DNA of 64,000 bases from an uncultured Gemmatimonadales bacterium (GTDB lineage: Bacteria; Gemmatimonadota; Gemmatimonadetes; Longimicrobiales; RSA9): NCBI GenBank assembly GCA_963798085.1, contig CAWCRS010000005.1, forward strand, positions 160,001-224,000, in the 5' to 3' direction. The notes beneath the pieces were generated by a model, which did not search any database, had not been told where the DNA came from, and saw only the letters and a program-made list of their open reading frames with translations. A program made the position numbers and the translations under genes. Shown here piece after piece: positions 9,763 to 20,544 of this stretch (position 1 is the stretch's first letter; each line of letters begins with the position of its first letter).

Positions 9763-11466
9763 TCAGCTGTCAGTGTGGAAGCCGGAGACCAGCTCCTTGA
9801 GCCGCTCCGCCGCGTGCAGCAGCTCGACGCTCGCGGCGCTCAGCTCCTGGGTGGCCGCGGACTGTTCTTCCGCCGCTGCACTCACTTCCTCCGCGCTGGC
9901 CGCGTGTGATTCCGCGGTCGCGCCCACGGCGCGCACGTTTTCTTCCACCGTCTGCACCGCGGTGCGATTCTCGTCCGCCGCGGCATCCACGCTGGCCGCC
10001 GCGCCGCGCACGTGCTCGACCGCGGCGATGATCTCCTCGAACGCGGTCTCTGCGCTGCGGGAGACTTCCTCGACGCCAGCCACCTGGCTGACGCCGCGGT
10101 CCATCGTGGCCGCCGCGGATTCGATCTGCCTGCGCACCTGGCGCACGGCCAGGTCGATCTCGTCCGCCGCGCGCGCACTGCCATCCGCCAGCTTGCGCAC
10201 TTCATCGGCCACCACAGCGAAGCCGCGGCCGTGCTCGCCGGCGCGCGCTGCCTCGATGGCCGCATTCAGCGCCAGCAGGTTGGTCTGGCGGGCAATGCCC
10301 TGAATCGTCTCGACGAACGCAGTGATCTGCGCGGACGCACGCTGCAGCTCGGCTACTTCCTGACCCGAGGTGTGCACGACTTCGCGCACTTCACGCAGCA
10401 TCGCGGTGGCGCGGCTCACATCTCGCCGCTTGGTCGACGCCAGATCGCCAATCTGGCTGCTCAGCGTGCGCACCTGCGTGGACGCTTCGTCGATCTCCAC
10501 GGCGCGGTCGCGCATGCGCTGCAACGCCTCATCCATGCTGCGCAGTCCGAGCGCCTGCTCCTCCGCGCCGTTCGTAATGTCGATCATGGCGGTCGAGACC
10601 TCGCCGCTCGAGGCCGCCACTTCCTCGGAGACACTGGACAGGTCCGACGCCGAAGCAGTAATGCGATTCGCCGTCGACACGGTCTCGCCCACCACCGTGC
10701 GGAAGCGGTCGGCCATCAGGGTGAAGGCTCCCGCCAGAACGCGCAGCTCGCTGGGCATGCGGCCGTTCACGCGCACCGTGAGATCGCCGCCGCCGAACTG
10801 GTTGGCTGCAAGCACCAGACGAGTGAGCGGGCGCTCGATCGCGTGCAGCGTGAGGTACGCGAAGAACAGCGCTGTAAAGATCGAAACAAAGAGCACGATG
10901 AGCAGCTCCAGGCTCCGCTCGTGCGCGACCGTTCGATAGTCGATGAGCGCCAGCTCCACCTTGCGCACTTCGCTCGAGTTGACGGCGCGTGTCAGCGCGC
11001 GCAGCTCACGCAGGCTGGGCTCGAGTGAGGCCACGAGCGCAGCCGCAGCCCGTGTGTCATTGTGCGAGATCGTGTCACGGAACGTGGCGCTGACCTTGTC
11101 GTGGAGCGCGATGATGCGCCCCAGCTGATCCTGCGTGGCGTTGTCCAGGTCGGGCAGCTTCGCGTACCTGGCCTGCAGGTCGCGCGCACGCGCCGCCAGA
11201 CTGTCGTGTTCCGCCAGCGCCGCCACATTACCCGTCAGCAGATAACGCTGCCCCGCGCTCAGCTGGTCGACGAGCGCGGCCTCGAAACTCGTGGCCAGGT
11301 CCACTCGTTCTTCCAGCACATCCACACGCGCGTTGACCGCGTCCATCAGCTGATTGAGTGAATGCGAGGCAATGCCGTAGATGACGAGCGTCCCTGCGAA
11401 CCCGATCATCAAGGCGCCCAGCAGTCGACCCTGAATTCGGTCGAAGTATCCGGAGAGTCGCATCAT
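9763..11466 (-). CDS. methyl-accepting chemotaxis protein (2 TM, HAMP, MCP signal domain)
   Basis: [37 protein letters not shown] hairpin-tip signature. Confidence 0.95.
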   Translation of the reverse strand: MMRLSGYFDRIQGRLLGALMIGFAGTLVIYGIASHSLNQLMDAVNARVDVLEERVDLATSFEAALVDQLSAGQRYLLTGNVAALAEHDSLAARARDLQARYAKLPDLDNATQDQLGRIIALHDKVSATFRDTISHNDTRAAAALVASLEPSLRELRALTRAVNSSEVRKVELALIDYRTVAHERSLELLIVLFVSIFTALFFAYLTLHAIERPLTRLVLAANQFGGGDLTVRVNGRMPSELRVLAGAFTLMADRFRTVVGETVSTANRITASASDLSSVSEEVAASSGEVSTAMIDITNGAEEQALGLRSMDEALQRMRDRAVEIDEASTQVRTLSSQIGDLASTKRRDVSRATAMLREVREVVHTSGQEVAELQRASAQITAFVETIQGIARQTNLLALNAAIEAARAGEHGRGFAVVADEVRKLADGSARAADEIDLAVRQVRRQIESAAATMDRGVSQVAGVEEVSRSAETAFEEIIAAVEHVRGAAASVDAAADENRTAVQTVEENVRAVGATAESHAASAEEVSAAAEEQSAATQELSAASVELLHAAERLKELVSGFHTDS

Positions 11467-11571
11467 GCGCTCAATTGACGACCGCGTCCGAGCGGGCCCG
11501 GCGCTTGCGGCCGTTACCCCCGAGTTCGAGATTGGCAGTGTCCGCGTCCACGCTGGAAACGAGGTTTATCG

Positions 11572-12282
11572 ATGGCAGACATGCCCCCGGTTCCCGGGCC
11601 GACCCTGGCCGAGAAACGGGAAAAGACAGTCCAGCTGCTCATCGATAGTTTCGCCTCGGACCGGCTTACGGTTGAGGAGTTCGAGGATCGGCTGGACAAG
11701 GCACACCGGGCCGAGGACATGCCGAGCCTCGATTCTCTGGTCCAGGATCTCCCGGCTGTCGCCGCTGCAGCGGCCCCTTCCCCGCCTGCTTCGCCCGCCT
11801 CACCAGCACCCGCGACGCGCTCCACCCCGGCTCGGGCCAACCCCGCGGACGTGCGCGATCATCAGCTGCTCGTCGCGATCATGGGCGGTGTCGAGCGCAA
11901 GGGCCCATGGACGCCGGCCCGCAAGTCGACGGTGCTCGCGATGATGGGAGGTGCCGAGCTGGATTTCCGGGAAGCGATTATGCCGCCTGGAGTTACAGAG
12001 ATCGACATCTTCACGCTCATGGGCGGTGTCGAGATCCTGGTTCCGCCCGGCATCGCCGTCGACGCCTCCGGCCTCGCCATTATGGGCGGCTTCAGCCACG
12101 GGCCGGGCCGCCCACCCGGAATGCAGCCGGACGACCCCATCATCCGCGTGCGCGGCTTCGCCATGATGGGCGGCGTCGACATCCAGGTCCGGCTGCCCGG
12201 CGAGACCGCCCGCGATGCCCGGCGCCGCCAGCGTGATGAGCGTCGCCAGCTCCGTGGCGACCAACGGAGGCGGCTCCGCTAG
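11572..12282 (+). CDS. DUF1707 (SHOCT-like) domain protein with LiaF-like C-terminal beta repeats
   Basis: RLTVEEFEDRLDKA..LDSLVQDLP, Pro/Ala linker, repeated MGG motifs. Confidence 0.75.
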   Translation: MADMPPVPGPTLAEKREKTVQLLIDSFASDRLTVEEFEDRLDKAHRAEDMPSLDSLVQDLPAVAAAAAPSPPASPASPAPATRSTPARANPADVRDHQLLVAIMGGVERKGPWTPARKSTVLAMMGGAELDFREAIMPPGVTEIDIFTLMGGVEILVPPGIAVDASGLAIMGGFSHGPGRPPGMQPDDPIIRVRGFAMMGGVDIQVRLPGETARDARRRQRDERRQLRGDQRRRLR

Positions 12283-12284
12283 TC

Positions 12285-14108
12285 GTGGCACCAACCGCCC
12301 CCACCCACGAAGAAGAAGCCCTCGGCAAGGCCTACGACGCCCGCCTCATGCGCAGGCTGCTCCGCTACCTGCGCCCGTACCGCCTGCAGGTGGTCCTGGC
12401 CGTCGCCATGCTGCTGGTCGGCGCTGCCGTCGAGCTGGTCGGCCCGTGGATCACCCGGCTCGCGCTGGACCGCGCCATCCCGCACGGCGACAGCCGCCTG
12501 CTTCTCCAGCTCGGCGCCGGCTACCTCGTTTCGCTCGTGCTCGCTTTCGGATTGCAGTACGGGCAGACTTTGATGACCACGTGGCTCGGCCAGCGCGTCA
12601 TGTTCGACCTGCGGCGCGAGATCTTCGGCCGGCTGCAGCAGCTCGAGATCCCGTTCTTCGATTACAATCCCGTGGGCCGGCTGATGACGCGCGTCACCAG
12701 CGACGTCGAGGTGCTGAACGAGCTGTTCAGCTCGGGCGTGGTCACCGTGTTCGGCGACGTGTTTACACTCGTGTTCATCGTGGTCGCCATGATGCTGATG
12801 GATTGGCGACTCGCACTCGTCACGCTCTCGGTGATGCCGTTCGTCTTTCTCGCCGCCATTGTCTTCCGCACGCGCATCCGTCGTGCGTATCGCGACATTC
12901 GCGTGCGGCTGGCGCGCATCAACGCGTTCCTGCAGGAGCACATCTCGGGTGTGGCGGTGATCCAGCTGTTCGACCGGGAACGCGATGTGGGTGAGCGCTT
13001 CCACGAGATCGACGATCACTATCTGGAAGCCCACCTGCGCTCCATTCTCTACTACGCGCTCTTCTTTCCCGTCATCGAGTTGCTGACCGCGGTGTCCTTC
13101 GCGGTGATCCTGCTGTACGGCGGTGCCCGCCTGCTGCCCGGCGCCGTGACGGTAGGCGTGATCGCCGCCTTCCTGCAGTACGCGCGACGCTTCTTCCGCC
13201 CCATTCAGGACCTGTCCGAGAAATACAACATGCTGCAGGGCGCGATGGCATCATCAGAGCGCATCTTCAAGCTGCTGGATGCGCCGCTGGCGCACGCCGT
13301 CCGCGGCGGCGGGCGGCCCCTGCCCGCGAACGCGCGCGGCCATATCGAGTTCCGTAATGTCTGGTTTGCCTACCGCAGGCGGGACGAAGGCGGCGAGTGG
13401 GACTGGGTGGTGCGCGGCATCAGCTTCACCGCGCGGCCCGGCGAGCGCATTGCCATTGTCGGACACACGGGCGCGGGCAAGACTACGCTGGCCAGCCTGC
13501 TGATGCGCTTCTACGAACCGCAGCGCGGCGAGATCCTGTTCGATGGCGTGCCCATCCGCGAGTTCGACGTGCACGCTCTGCGCCAGCGTATCGGCCTCGT
13601 GCTGCAGGATGTCTTCCTGTTCAGCCGCGACGTGCAGTACAACATTCGCCTGGGCCGCGACGACATTGGCGAGGCGCGCGTACAGGCCGCCGCCGAGCGC
13701 GTCGGCGCCGCTCCGCTGATCGCACGGCTGCCGGCCCGCCTGGCGCAACCACTCGGTGAGCGCGGCTCTTCCCTCTCCGTGGGCGAGCGACAGCTGCTCT
13801 CCTTCGCGCGCGCACTCGCGTTCGATCCGCTCGTGCTGGTGCTGGATGAGGCCACCAGCTCCGTCGACTCCGCGCTCGAGGAACGCATCGAGCTGGCGCT
13901 CGACACGCTCATGCGCGGGCGGACATCGCTCGTGATCGCCCACCGTCTCTCCACCGTGCAGAACGCGGATCGCATCCTGGTCATGCACCACGGGGAGCTG
14001 CGCGAGCAGGGCACACACGAGGAGCTGTTGCGCGAGGGCGGTCTTTACGCCCGCCTCTACGAGCTGCAGTTCGCTGACGCCTCAGGCGAAGGAAGGCTGG
14101 CGTCGTGA
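12285..14108 (+). CDS. ABC exporter, fused permease/ATP-binding protein
   Basis: TM domain, GHTGAGKT Walker A, LSVGERQ signature, LVLDEATS Walker B, IAHRLST. Confidence 0.95.
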   Translation: MAPTAPTHEEEALGKAYDARLMRRLLRYLRPYRLQVVLAVAMLLVGAAVELVGPWITRLALDRAIPHGDSRLLLQLGAGYLVSLVLAFGLQYGQTLMTTWLGQRVMFDLRREIFGRLQQLEIPFFDYNPVGRLMTRVTSDVEVLNELFSSGVVTVFGDVFTLVFIVVAMMLMDWRLALVTLSVMPFVFLAAIVFRTRIRRAYRDIRVRLARINAFLQEHISGVAVIQLFDRERDVGERFHEIDDHYLEAHLRSILYYALFFPVIELLTAVSFAVILLYGGARLLPGAVTVGVIAAFLQYARRFFRPIQDLSEKYNMLQGAMASSERIFKLLDAPLAHAVRGGGRPLPANARGHIEFRNVWFAYRRRDEGGEWDWVVRGISFTARPGERIAIVGHTGAGKTTLASLLMRFYEPQRGEILFDGVPIREFDVHALRQRIGLVLQDVFLFSRDVQYNIRLGRDDIGEARVQAAAERVGAAPLIARLPARLAQPLGERGSSLSVGERQLLSFARALAFDPLVLVLDEATSSVDSALEERIELALDTLMRGRTSLVIAHRLSTVQNADRILVMHHGELREQGTHEELLREGGLYARLYELQFADASGEGRLAS

Positions 14109-14368
14109 GTCAGCTGAATTACCGCTTCCTGCTGGTGGCGCTGGTCTTCGTAACCGACGTGTTCGCATTGGTCGCGGCCATGGGCGGCAGCGCTTCGCGC
14201 GCCGCGAAGCTCGGCTGGATCCTGGTGATCGTATTCCTGCCTGTGATCGGGATCGTCGCCTGGTGGCGCCGCGGCCCGGGCAGTCCCGGTCGCCGCAGCG
14301 ACAGCAGCGGGCTCGAGCTCCTCAATAACGACGCATTTCCGGATCGATCTCCGCCGCCCACCCGTTGA
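14105..14368 (+). CDS. small membrane protein, PLDc_N-like
   Basis: two TM helices with KLGWILVIVFLPVIG; GTGA overlap with upstream gene. Confidence 0.65.
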   Translation: MSQLNYRFLLVALVFVTDVFALVAAMGGSASRAAKLGWILVIVFLPVIGIVAWWRRGPGSPGRRSDSSGLELLNNDAFPDRSPPPTR

Positions 14369-14663
14369 TGCCACCCTCCAGGTTGAAGACATGTGTGAAG
14401 CCGTTCGCCTGGAGGAAGCGGACCACCCGATCACTGCGCGCTCCCGTACGGCAGTAGACGACGGTCGCCGCCTCCGGGTCCAGCTCGCTGATGCGCGCCG
14501 GGATCTCCGCCATGGGTACCAGTCGCGCACCGTATGTGGCCAGGTTCGAAATCTCCCACTCGTGCGGCTCGCGCACGTCCAGCAGCACCAGCGGTTCTCC
14601 CGTGTCCAGCATCTGGCGCAACTGTTCGGCGTTGATCGCCGGCGAGGCTTCCCTTCCCATCAT
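14322..14663 (-). CDS. rhodanese-like domain protein (in frame with upstream waaA in this sequence)
   Basis: LLDVREPHEW, VVYCRTGARS, NLEGGINGW. Confidence 0.85.
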   Translation of the reverse strand: MMGREASPAINAEQLRQMLDTGEPLVLLDVREPHEWEISNLATYGARLVPMAEIPARISELDPEAATVVYCRTGARSDRVVRFLQANGFTHVFNLEGGINGWAAEIDPEMRRY

Positions 14664-15986
14664 TGTGCCTGTCCCCCGGTTTTTCGTTTCCATCCTGCGC
14701 TTCCCCCCCGACCGCGGCAGCAGCGAGAGCAGCAACGCCGCATTCCGCTCCGCCCCGCCCAGCCGGCTCTGCACCCACGCCCTCGCCGCTGCGCCCGCCG
14801 CAGCGTGACTCAGGTATTCCCGCAGTCCGGCTTCGATTCCTGACACACCGTTAGCAGCGACGCCACCGCCCGCGGCGGCCAGCTCGGCCGCTTCGCGCGC
14901 GTTACCGTGGTACGGCCCGAACACCACGGGCACGCCCAGCGCCGCCGGCTCCACCACCGAATGCAGCCCGTTCCTGCCGAAGCCGCCACCCACGTACGCC
15001 ACGCGCGCCAGCGCGTACAGTTCCGCCAGCACACCCACGCGATCCACCACGATCACCGCATGGGCGGGTGCTGCCTCGCCCGCCTCCACCACGCCCAGGC
15101 GTACATGCGTCAAATGCGTCGCATCCAGCGCCTGTTCCAGTGCTGCCAGGTGCACCGGCGTCGGCTGGTGCGGCGCGATGATCATGCGAACATCGTCGCG
15201 GCTGCGCACGCGCGCGAAGGCCGCCAGCAGCTTCGCATCATCCGCAGGCCACGTGGAACCTGCCACGATCGTCGGTCGTGCGTCCACTCGCAGCAGCGTG
15301 AGCAGCGGCGTGCCCGCTGCCAGTGCGGCCACACGCGACCAGACCTGGTCGAAGCGCGCATCGCCCGTCACCTGCGTGCGCTCCGCCGCAACCCGCAGCT
15401 GCCGGAACCGCTGCGCGTCCTCCGCACTCACTGCGCCCACCGCATCCAGCGAGGCATACGCCGGCCGCAGAAAGGTGCGTGCCAGCGGTCGCAGCCGGCT
15501 CGAGCTGCTGGCCAGCGGCGCATTGATCAGCGCGACCCGCGCGCCGTGCTCGTGCGCGTGCTGCACCAGCGTGGGCCAGATCTCCGTGCGCACGAATGCG
15601 ACGACCACCGGCTTCAGCGCAGCCAGCGCGCGCTCCACATCGTGCGCCAGATCCCACGGCAGCCAGGCGCTCACGTCCGCGCCCACACGCTCGGCCAGCC
15701 GCTCCGCGGATGGCGAGAAGAACGTGAACGCAACCTGACAATCGACGCTGCGACGCAGCGCGGCAATGATCGCCTCCGCCATGAGCGCTTCGCCCACGGA
15801 TGGCGAGTGCAGCCAGAACAGCGGCTTCGCTGCATCCCGTCGGCTCGCGGCCCAGTTCTCGAAACGCCCCGCCGTCTCGCGCCTGCCGCGCAACGCACGC
15901 TGCACGCGCTCCGATCGTGCCGCGCGTTCCATCACGGACCGCGCGAGCGCGAGCGCGCGCTCGTAAATCTTCTGTTGCCAGTTCAC
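14664..15986 (-). CDS. waaA: 3-deoxy-D-manno-octulosonic acid (Kdo) transferase; 3' boundary uncertain
   Basis: WLHSPSVGE, TEIWP, VTGDARFDQV, VAGSTW, AYVGGGF, HSVVEPAALGVPV. Confidence 0.85.
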
Positions 15987-16096
15987 GCGCGAAGTCTATC
16001 CGGCCATACCGCCGCCGGACAGCCTTGCTGCGGCTGCGGCGTTCCCGGCATCTTGGCGCGTCCTCTCGCGACCAACCAGAACCCCCACGCGCAACC

Positions 16097-17494
16097 ATGG
16101 GCCAGACCCGCAGCGGCCTCAATGGCTGGATCACCCGGCTGGCCGGGTGGGCGGTGGGCATCTTCCAGAAAGTCGAGCAGATCGGGGGACCGATTCCCAA
16201 TGGTCCCGCGCTCGTCGTCGCCAACCATCCGAACAGCCTGCTCGACCCGCTCATTGTCTTCCGCGTGGCCGGCCGGCCCACGCGGCCACTGGCGAAGGCT
16301 CCGCTGTTCCAGCAGGCTCTGCTCGGCACCCTGCTGCGCGCGCTCGGCGGACTGCCCGTCTACCGGCGCCAGGATGATCCGGGGCAGACACACCGGAATG
16401 ATGAGACGTTTGCCGCGGCGATTGCCGCGCTGCGGCAAGGGGATGCCATTCAGATCTATCCTGAAGGGAAGTCGCACTCCGAGCCCGCGCTCGCGCCGTT
16501 GCGCACGGGCGCGGCACGCATCGCGCTGGCCGCCGAAGCGGAGAGCGACTGGCAGCTGGGACTGCGCATTGTCCCCATCGGCATCACGTACGCGGGCAAG
16601 TCGCTCTTCCGCGGCCGCGCCCTCGCCATGATCGGCGAACCATTCGCCGTCAGTGCGTACCGTGACGCATACGCAGCCGACAATGTCGACGCGGTGCGTG
16701 CGCTGACCGCACGCATTGGCGCCGCGCTCGAGGCAGTCACGCTCAATCTCACCGATCAGGATGACCGCGAGCTGATCGAAACGGCCGATCGACTGTATGC
16801 GCGCGAAAAAGGCTGGCAGCACTGGCGCGAGCGCGAAGAGCTGGCCGAGCGACTGCCCCGCCTGCGCTTCTTCGCGCACGGTCTGGCGTGGCTGCGCGCC
16901 CACGATCCCGAGCGTCACGAGCGGCTCGTGCGCAGTGTGCGCCGCTACCAGCGTGCACTCACGCTGTACGGCGCACGCGAAGGCAATGTGCCGCCGAACT
17001 ATCGCACCGGCGACGTGCTCGGCTACGTCCTGCGCCAGATCGTGACGATCGGACTGGGCCTGCCCATTGCGGCGCTCGCCACACTGCTCTGGCTGCCCGC
17101 GTGGTACGCGCCGCGCGTGACACTCGCGGTCACGCGACCCGACTACGAAACCATTGCGACGTACAAGCTGGCCACCAGCTTCTTCACTGCGCCGCTGACC
17201 ATCGCATTGTGCGCCTTCCTTGCGTGGCGCACGGCCGGCGTGTGGGCCGCCATCGCCGCACTCGTGCTCGTGCCGCTGCTCGGCCTGGTCGCGATTGCAT
17301 GGCACGAGCGCTGGCGCCGCGTCCGCGAAGATGTCGTCGTGTTCTGGCGCGCCCTGCGCCATCGGCGAGGCCCCGACCGCCTCGCTTCGCTGCGCGCTCT
17401 GCTGACAGCCGAGTTCGACGCACTGCTGGAACAGATTCCGACGCCGCCACCCTCCCCGACAGCCGCGACGCCTGACAGCAGTCAACGCTCCTGA
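16097..17494 (+). CDS. lysophospholipid / glycerol-3-phosphate acyltransferase family protein with C-terminal TM helices
   Basis: NHPNSLLD (HX4D), YPEGKSH, LRTGAAR. Confidence 0.85.
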   Translation: MGQTRSGLNGWITRLAGWAVGIFQKVEQIGGPIPNGPALVVANHPNSLLDPLIVFRVAGRPTRPLAKAPLFQQALLGTLLRALGGLPVYRRQDDPGQTHRNDETFAAAIAALRQGDAIQIYPEGKSHSEPALAPLRTGAARIALAAEAESDWQLGLRIVPIGITYAGKSLFRGRALAMIGEPFAVSAYRDAYAADNVDAVRALTARIGAALEAVTLNLTDQDDRELIETADRLYAREKGWQHWREREELAERLPRLRFFAHGLAWLRAHDPERHERLVRSVRRYQRALTLYGAREGNVPPNYRTGDVLGYVLRQIVTIGLGLPIAALATLLWLPAWYAPRVTLAVTRPDYETIATYKLATSFFTAPLTIALCAFLAWRTAGVWAAIAALVLVPLLGLVAIAWHERWRRVREDVVVFWRALRHRRGPDRLASLRALLTAEFDALLEQIPTPPPSPTAATPDSSQRS

Positions 17495-17670
17495 GCGCGC
17501 GCGTCTTCCGCAACGCGCCGTATCTCCACCAGGTCCGCGGTGCCCGCAGCCTCCGCCGGAAACCTCGCCATCAACTCCTGCAAGGCTGCCGGCAAGGTCG
17601 CCGCTTCCACGTCCACCATGGCGTAGCGCTGCGCGCCCGCGAAGAACCGGATCGTCGCCCGATAGTGCAA
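17482..17670 (-). CDS. small hypothetical protein
   Basis: GAGGAGG RBS before TTG, fills the gap between flanking genes. Confidence 0.5.
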   Translation of the reverse strand: MHYRATIRFFAGAQRYAMVDVEAATLPAALQELMARFPAEAAGTADLVEIRRVAEDARAQER

Positions 17671-17723
17671 TTCTGCCTCCTCGCGCGTACAATGGCCGCA
17701 CACCGACCGCGACAGGAACCGCC

Positions 17724-18788
17724 GTGCGCTACATTGGCAACAAGACGAAGCTGCTCGAGTTCATCGCCGAGACACTGCAGCGGCGCGGCATCACGGGGGG
17801 CACCGCGGTCGACCCCTTCTGCGGCACTGCAAGCGTGTCGGCCGAGCTGAAGCGTCGCGGCTTTCGCGTCGTCGCCTCCGACATCATGGAGTACGCCTAC
17901 GTGCTCGCGCACGCCTGCGTGCAGGTGGCGGAGCCGCCCCGCTTCCCGCAGCTGCAGCAGGAACTGGGGTCAGGCGACGATTCTCTGTCCACCGTCATCA
18001 GCTTCCTCAACACCATCGCTCCCGCCGGCGATTTCCTGCACGAACACTACACCCCGGACGGCCTCGCCGGTCGCGCCCACGGCCGCATGTACTTCACGCC
18101 CGACAACGGTGCACGCATTGACGCAATTCGCCATCAGCTCACGACGTGGCGGGCACAGGGGCTGCTCGACGACAATGCGTGGTATGTCCTTCTCGCCGCA
18201 CTGCTCGAAGCGGCCGACCGCGTGGCGAACACCACTGGCGTGTACGCGGCCTTCGTCAAGAGCTGGCAGCCCAACGCAACGCGGCCGCTGGAATTGCGGC
18301 CACCTGCGCTGGTGCCCGGTAAGGGCTGCCATGCGCGCCGCATCAATGCGCTCACGCTGGTCGCCGAGCTCGAGCCTTTCGATCTGCTGTACCTCGATCC
18401 GCCCTACAATGCACGCCAGTACGCCGGCTATTACCACATACCCGAGCTGATTGCGCGCGGCTGGAGCGCTGATACGCGCACACGCGGCAAGACCGGACTC
18501 ATCGATGATCGCGACAAGCGCAGCGACTGGAGCCGGCGCCAGCGCTGCGAGGAAGTATTCGAGCGACTCGTCGCCACCGCGCGCTGGCGTCACCTCGTCA
18601 TGAGCTACAACGCCGAAGGCATCATCCCCGAGTCCACCATCGAGCGCGTGCTGCGCGCGCACGGGCGCGGTCGGACGTACAAGCGCTACCCGATCACGTA
18701 CAAGCGCTACCGCTCCGACGCGGACAGCGAGACGCGTCGCTACCGCGGCGATTCGGTCACCGAGCATCTGTATTGCGTGAAGCGCTGA
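17724..18788 (+). CDS. DNA adenine methyltransferase (D12 class), no restriction partner nearby
   Basis: MRYIGNKTKLL, DPFCGTASV (motif I), LYLDPPYN (motif IV), MSYN. Confidence 0.9.
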   Translation: MRYIGNKTKLLEFIAETLQRRGITGGTAVDPFCGTASVSAELKRRGFRVVASDIMEYAYVLAHACVQVAEPPRFPQLQQELGSGDDSLSTVISFLNTIAPAGDFLHEHYTPDGLAGRAHGRMYFTPDNGARIDAIRHQLTTWRAQGLLDDNAWYVLLAALLEAADRVANTTGVYAAFVKSWQPNATRPLELRPPALVPGKGCHARRINALTLVAELEPFDLLYLDPPYNARQYAGYYHIPELIARGWSADTRTRGKTGLIDDRDKRSDWSRRQRCEEVFERLVATARWRHLVMSYNAEGIIPESTIERVLRAHGRGRTYKRYPITYKRYRSDADSETRRYRGDSVTEHLYCVKR

Positions 18789-18790
18789 GC

Positions 18791-19222
18791 TCAGGAACGC
18801 GCGACCGCCAGCAGCGCCAGCAGCCAGCCCAGCAGAAACGAGAGACCGCCGAAAGGTGTGATCGCGCCCATCAGGCGAGGGGCGCCGAAGGCGAGCGCGT
18901 ACAGGCTGCCCGAGAAAAGCACGATCCCCGCCACAAACAGCCAGCCCGCGGTGTGCAGCAGTGTGACAGGCCAGCGCGTCGTCGCCCACGCGAGAATCAG
19001 CAGCGCGAACGCGTGATACATCTGGTAGCGCACGCCCGTCTCGAACGTGACCATGCGCTCGGGTGCGAGGCGGCTGGAGAGCACGTGCGCGCCAAACGCA
19101 CCCCCCGCCACGCCGAAGAACGCAAGCAGCGCGCCCAGCACGAAGAAGGTCCGGTCCACGTTCGCTCGCGCCGCGGACGCGCCCCGCTCGACACGAGGCG
19201 CATCCGCCACAGGTGTGCTCAC
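18791..19222 (-). CDS. DUF423 / YgdD family membrane protein
   Basis: GAFGAH, FETGVRYQMYH, LFSGSLY, GAITPFGG. Confidence 0.9.
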   Translation of the reverse strand: MSTPVADAPRVERGASAARANVDRTFFVLGALLAFFGVAGGAFGAHVLSSRLAPERMVTFETGVRYQMYHAFALLILAWATTRWPVTLLHTAGWLFVAGIVLFSGSLYALAFGAPRLMGAITPFGGLSFLLGWLLALLAVARS

Positions 19223-20544
19223 TTCTTGATCGTCGGCCGCGTGTTGTACTTCTGGTACAGCTGGTACTGCCGGTCGTCGCGGTTGATGCGGCGGCCCTTG
19301 ATGAACACGTCGCTGATGTGCGTGCGCAGATCCAGCGGGTCGCCATCACAGACGAACAGATTCGCCATCTTGCCCGTCTCGATCGAGCCGATCTCCTTGT
19401 CCACGCCGAAAATCTGCGCGGGCCAGAGCGTGAGCGCCTTGATGGCCGCATCTTCGGGCAGACCGTACGCCACCGCCAGCGCCGCGTGGTAGGGCACATG
19501 CCGCGCGTTCGAGGCGCCACCCGTCGAGAAGGCGATCTTCACACCCGCCTTCTGCAGCACGCCCGGCTGCGCGTAGATCGCATCGTACGGCTCATCGTCC
19601 GCGGGCAGCGACTGGATCGAGCTGAGCACCACGGGCACATTCTTGCGCGCCAGCAGTTCCGCTACCTTCCATGCTTCGTGGCCGCCCTGGATCGCGACCT
19701 TGATGCCGAACGAATCCGCCAGGGAAACCGCGCCGCGGATCTGCTCTTCGTTGTCCGCCGACACCAGCGCGGTGACTTCACCGCGCATCAGCGGGCGCAT
19801 CGACTCGAGCTTGAGGTCGAACGCGGTCGCGCCCGCACCGGCCGCGCGCATGCGATCGTATTCCTTCGCATTGCGCAGCATGTCGCGCAGGTCACGCACC
19901 TGGTCCTCGGGATTGCCACCCGGTCCGCCGAAGCGACCGCCGCCGCCACCACCACGACGGCCACCGCCACCACCGCCCACGCGCGGATAGTTGATGACGA
20001 ATGCCGCGGACGGATTCACCGCAATGTCCTCGAACGTCCAGCCGGACATGTTGATCATCGCCGCCTGGCCCGACATGATTCCGCCGCTGGGCGCCGTGAT
20101 CACGCTGGTCACGCCATTGTCGCGCGTGATCGGGATCATCTCGCTCTCCAGGTTCAGCGCGACGATCGCACGGTCGTTCGGATTGAAGTCGCCCAGCTCG
20201 CTGCGCAGGTTCATCGTCTGCACCGAGCCGATCTCCGCCAGACCCACGGGCGTGAACGAATCGATCATGCCCGGATAGACGAACTTGCCCTTGCCCGTGA
20301 TCTCGGTGACGCCCGAGCCGCCCTGCAGGTTGGCGCCCAGGCCGGCAATGCGGCCGCCGCGAATCAGAACATCGGTGTTAGGCATGGTCGCGCCTGACAC
20401 GGTCACTACAGTAGCGCCCCGGATCAGGAATGTGCCTTCCTGTCCCACACTCCACTGCGCTGCGCCTCGTCCGGGCACGAGGAGCACCGCTGCGGCGAGC
20501 ACACCTGCCGCGGCCAGGCGAGGCTTACGCGTCAGCGCGCCCAT
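19219..20544 (-). CDS. secreted amidohydrolase-family protein (metal ligands apparently missing)
   Basis: signal peptide, VYPGMIDSFT, GSIETGKMANL, GDPLD. Confidence 0.85.
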   Translation of the reverse strand: MGALTRKPRLAAAGVLAAAVLLVPGRGAAQWSVGQEGTFLIRGATVVTVSGATMPNTDVLIRGGRIAGLGANLQGGSGVTEITGKGKFVYPGMIDSFTPVGLAEIGSVQTMNLRSELGDFNPNDRAIVALNLESEMIPITRDNGVTSVITAPSGGIMSGQAAMINMSGWTFEDIAVNPSAAFVINYPRVGGGGGGRRGGGGGGRFGGPGGNPEDQVRDLRDMLRNAKEYDRMRAAGAGATAFDLKLESMRPLMRGEVTALVSADNEEQIRGAVSLADSFGIKVAIQGGHEAWKVAELLARKNVPVVLSSIQSLPADDEPYDAIYAQPGVLQKAGVKIAFSTGGASNARHVPYHAALAVAYGLPEDAAIKALTLWPAQIFGVDKEIGSIETGKMANLFVCDGDPLDLRTHISDVFIKGRRINRDDRQYQLYQKYNTRPTIKK

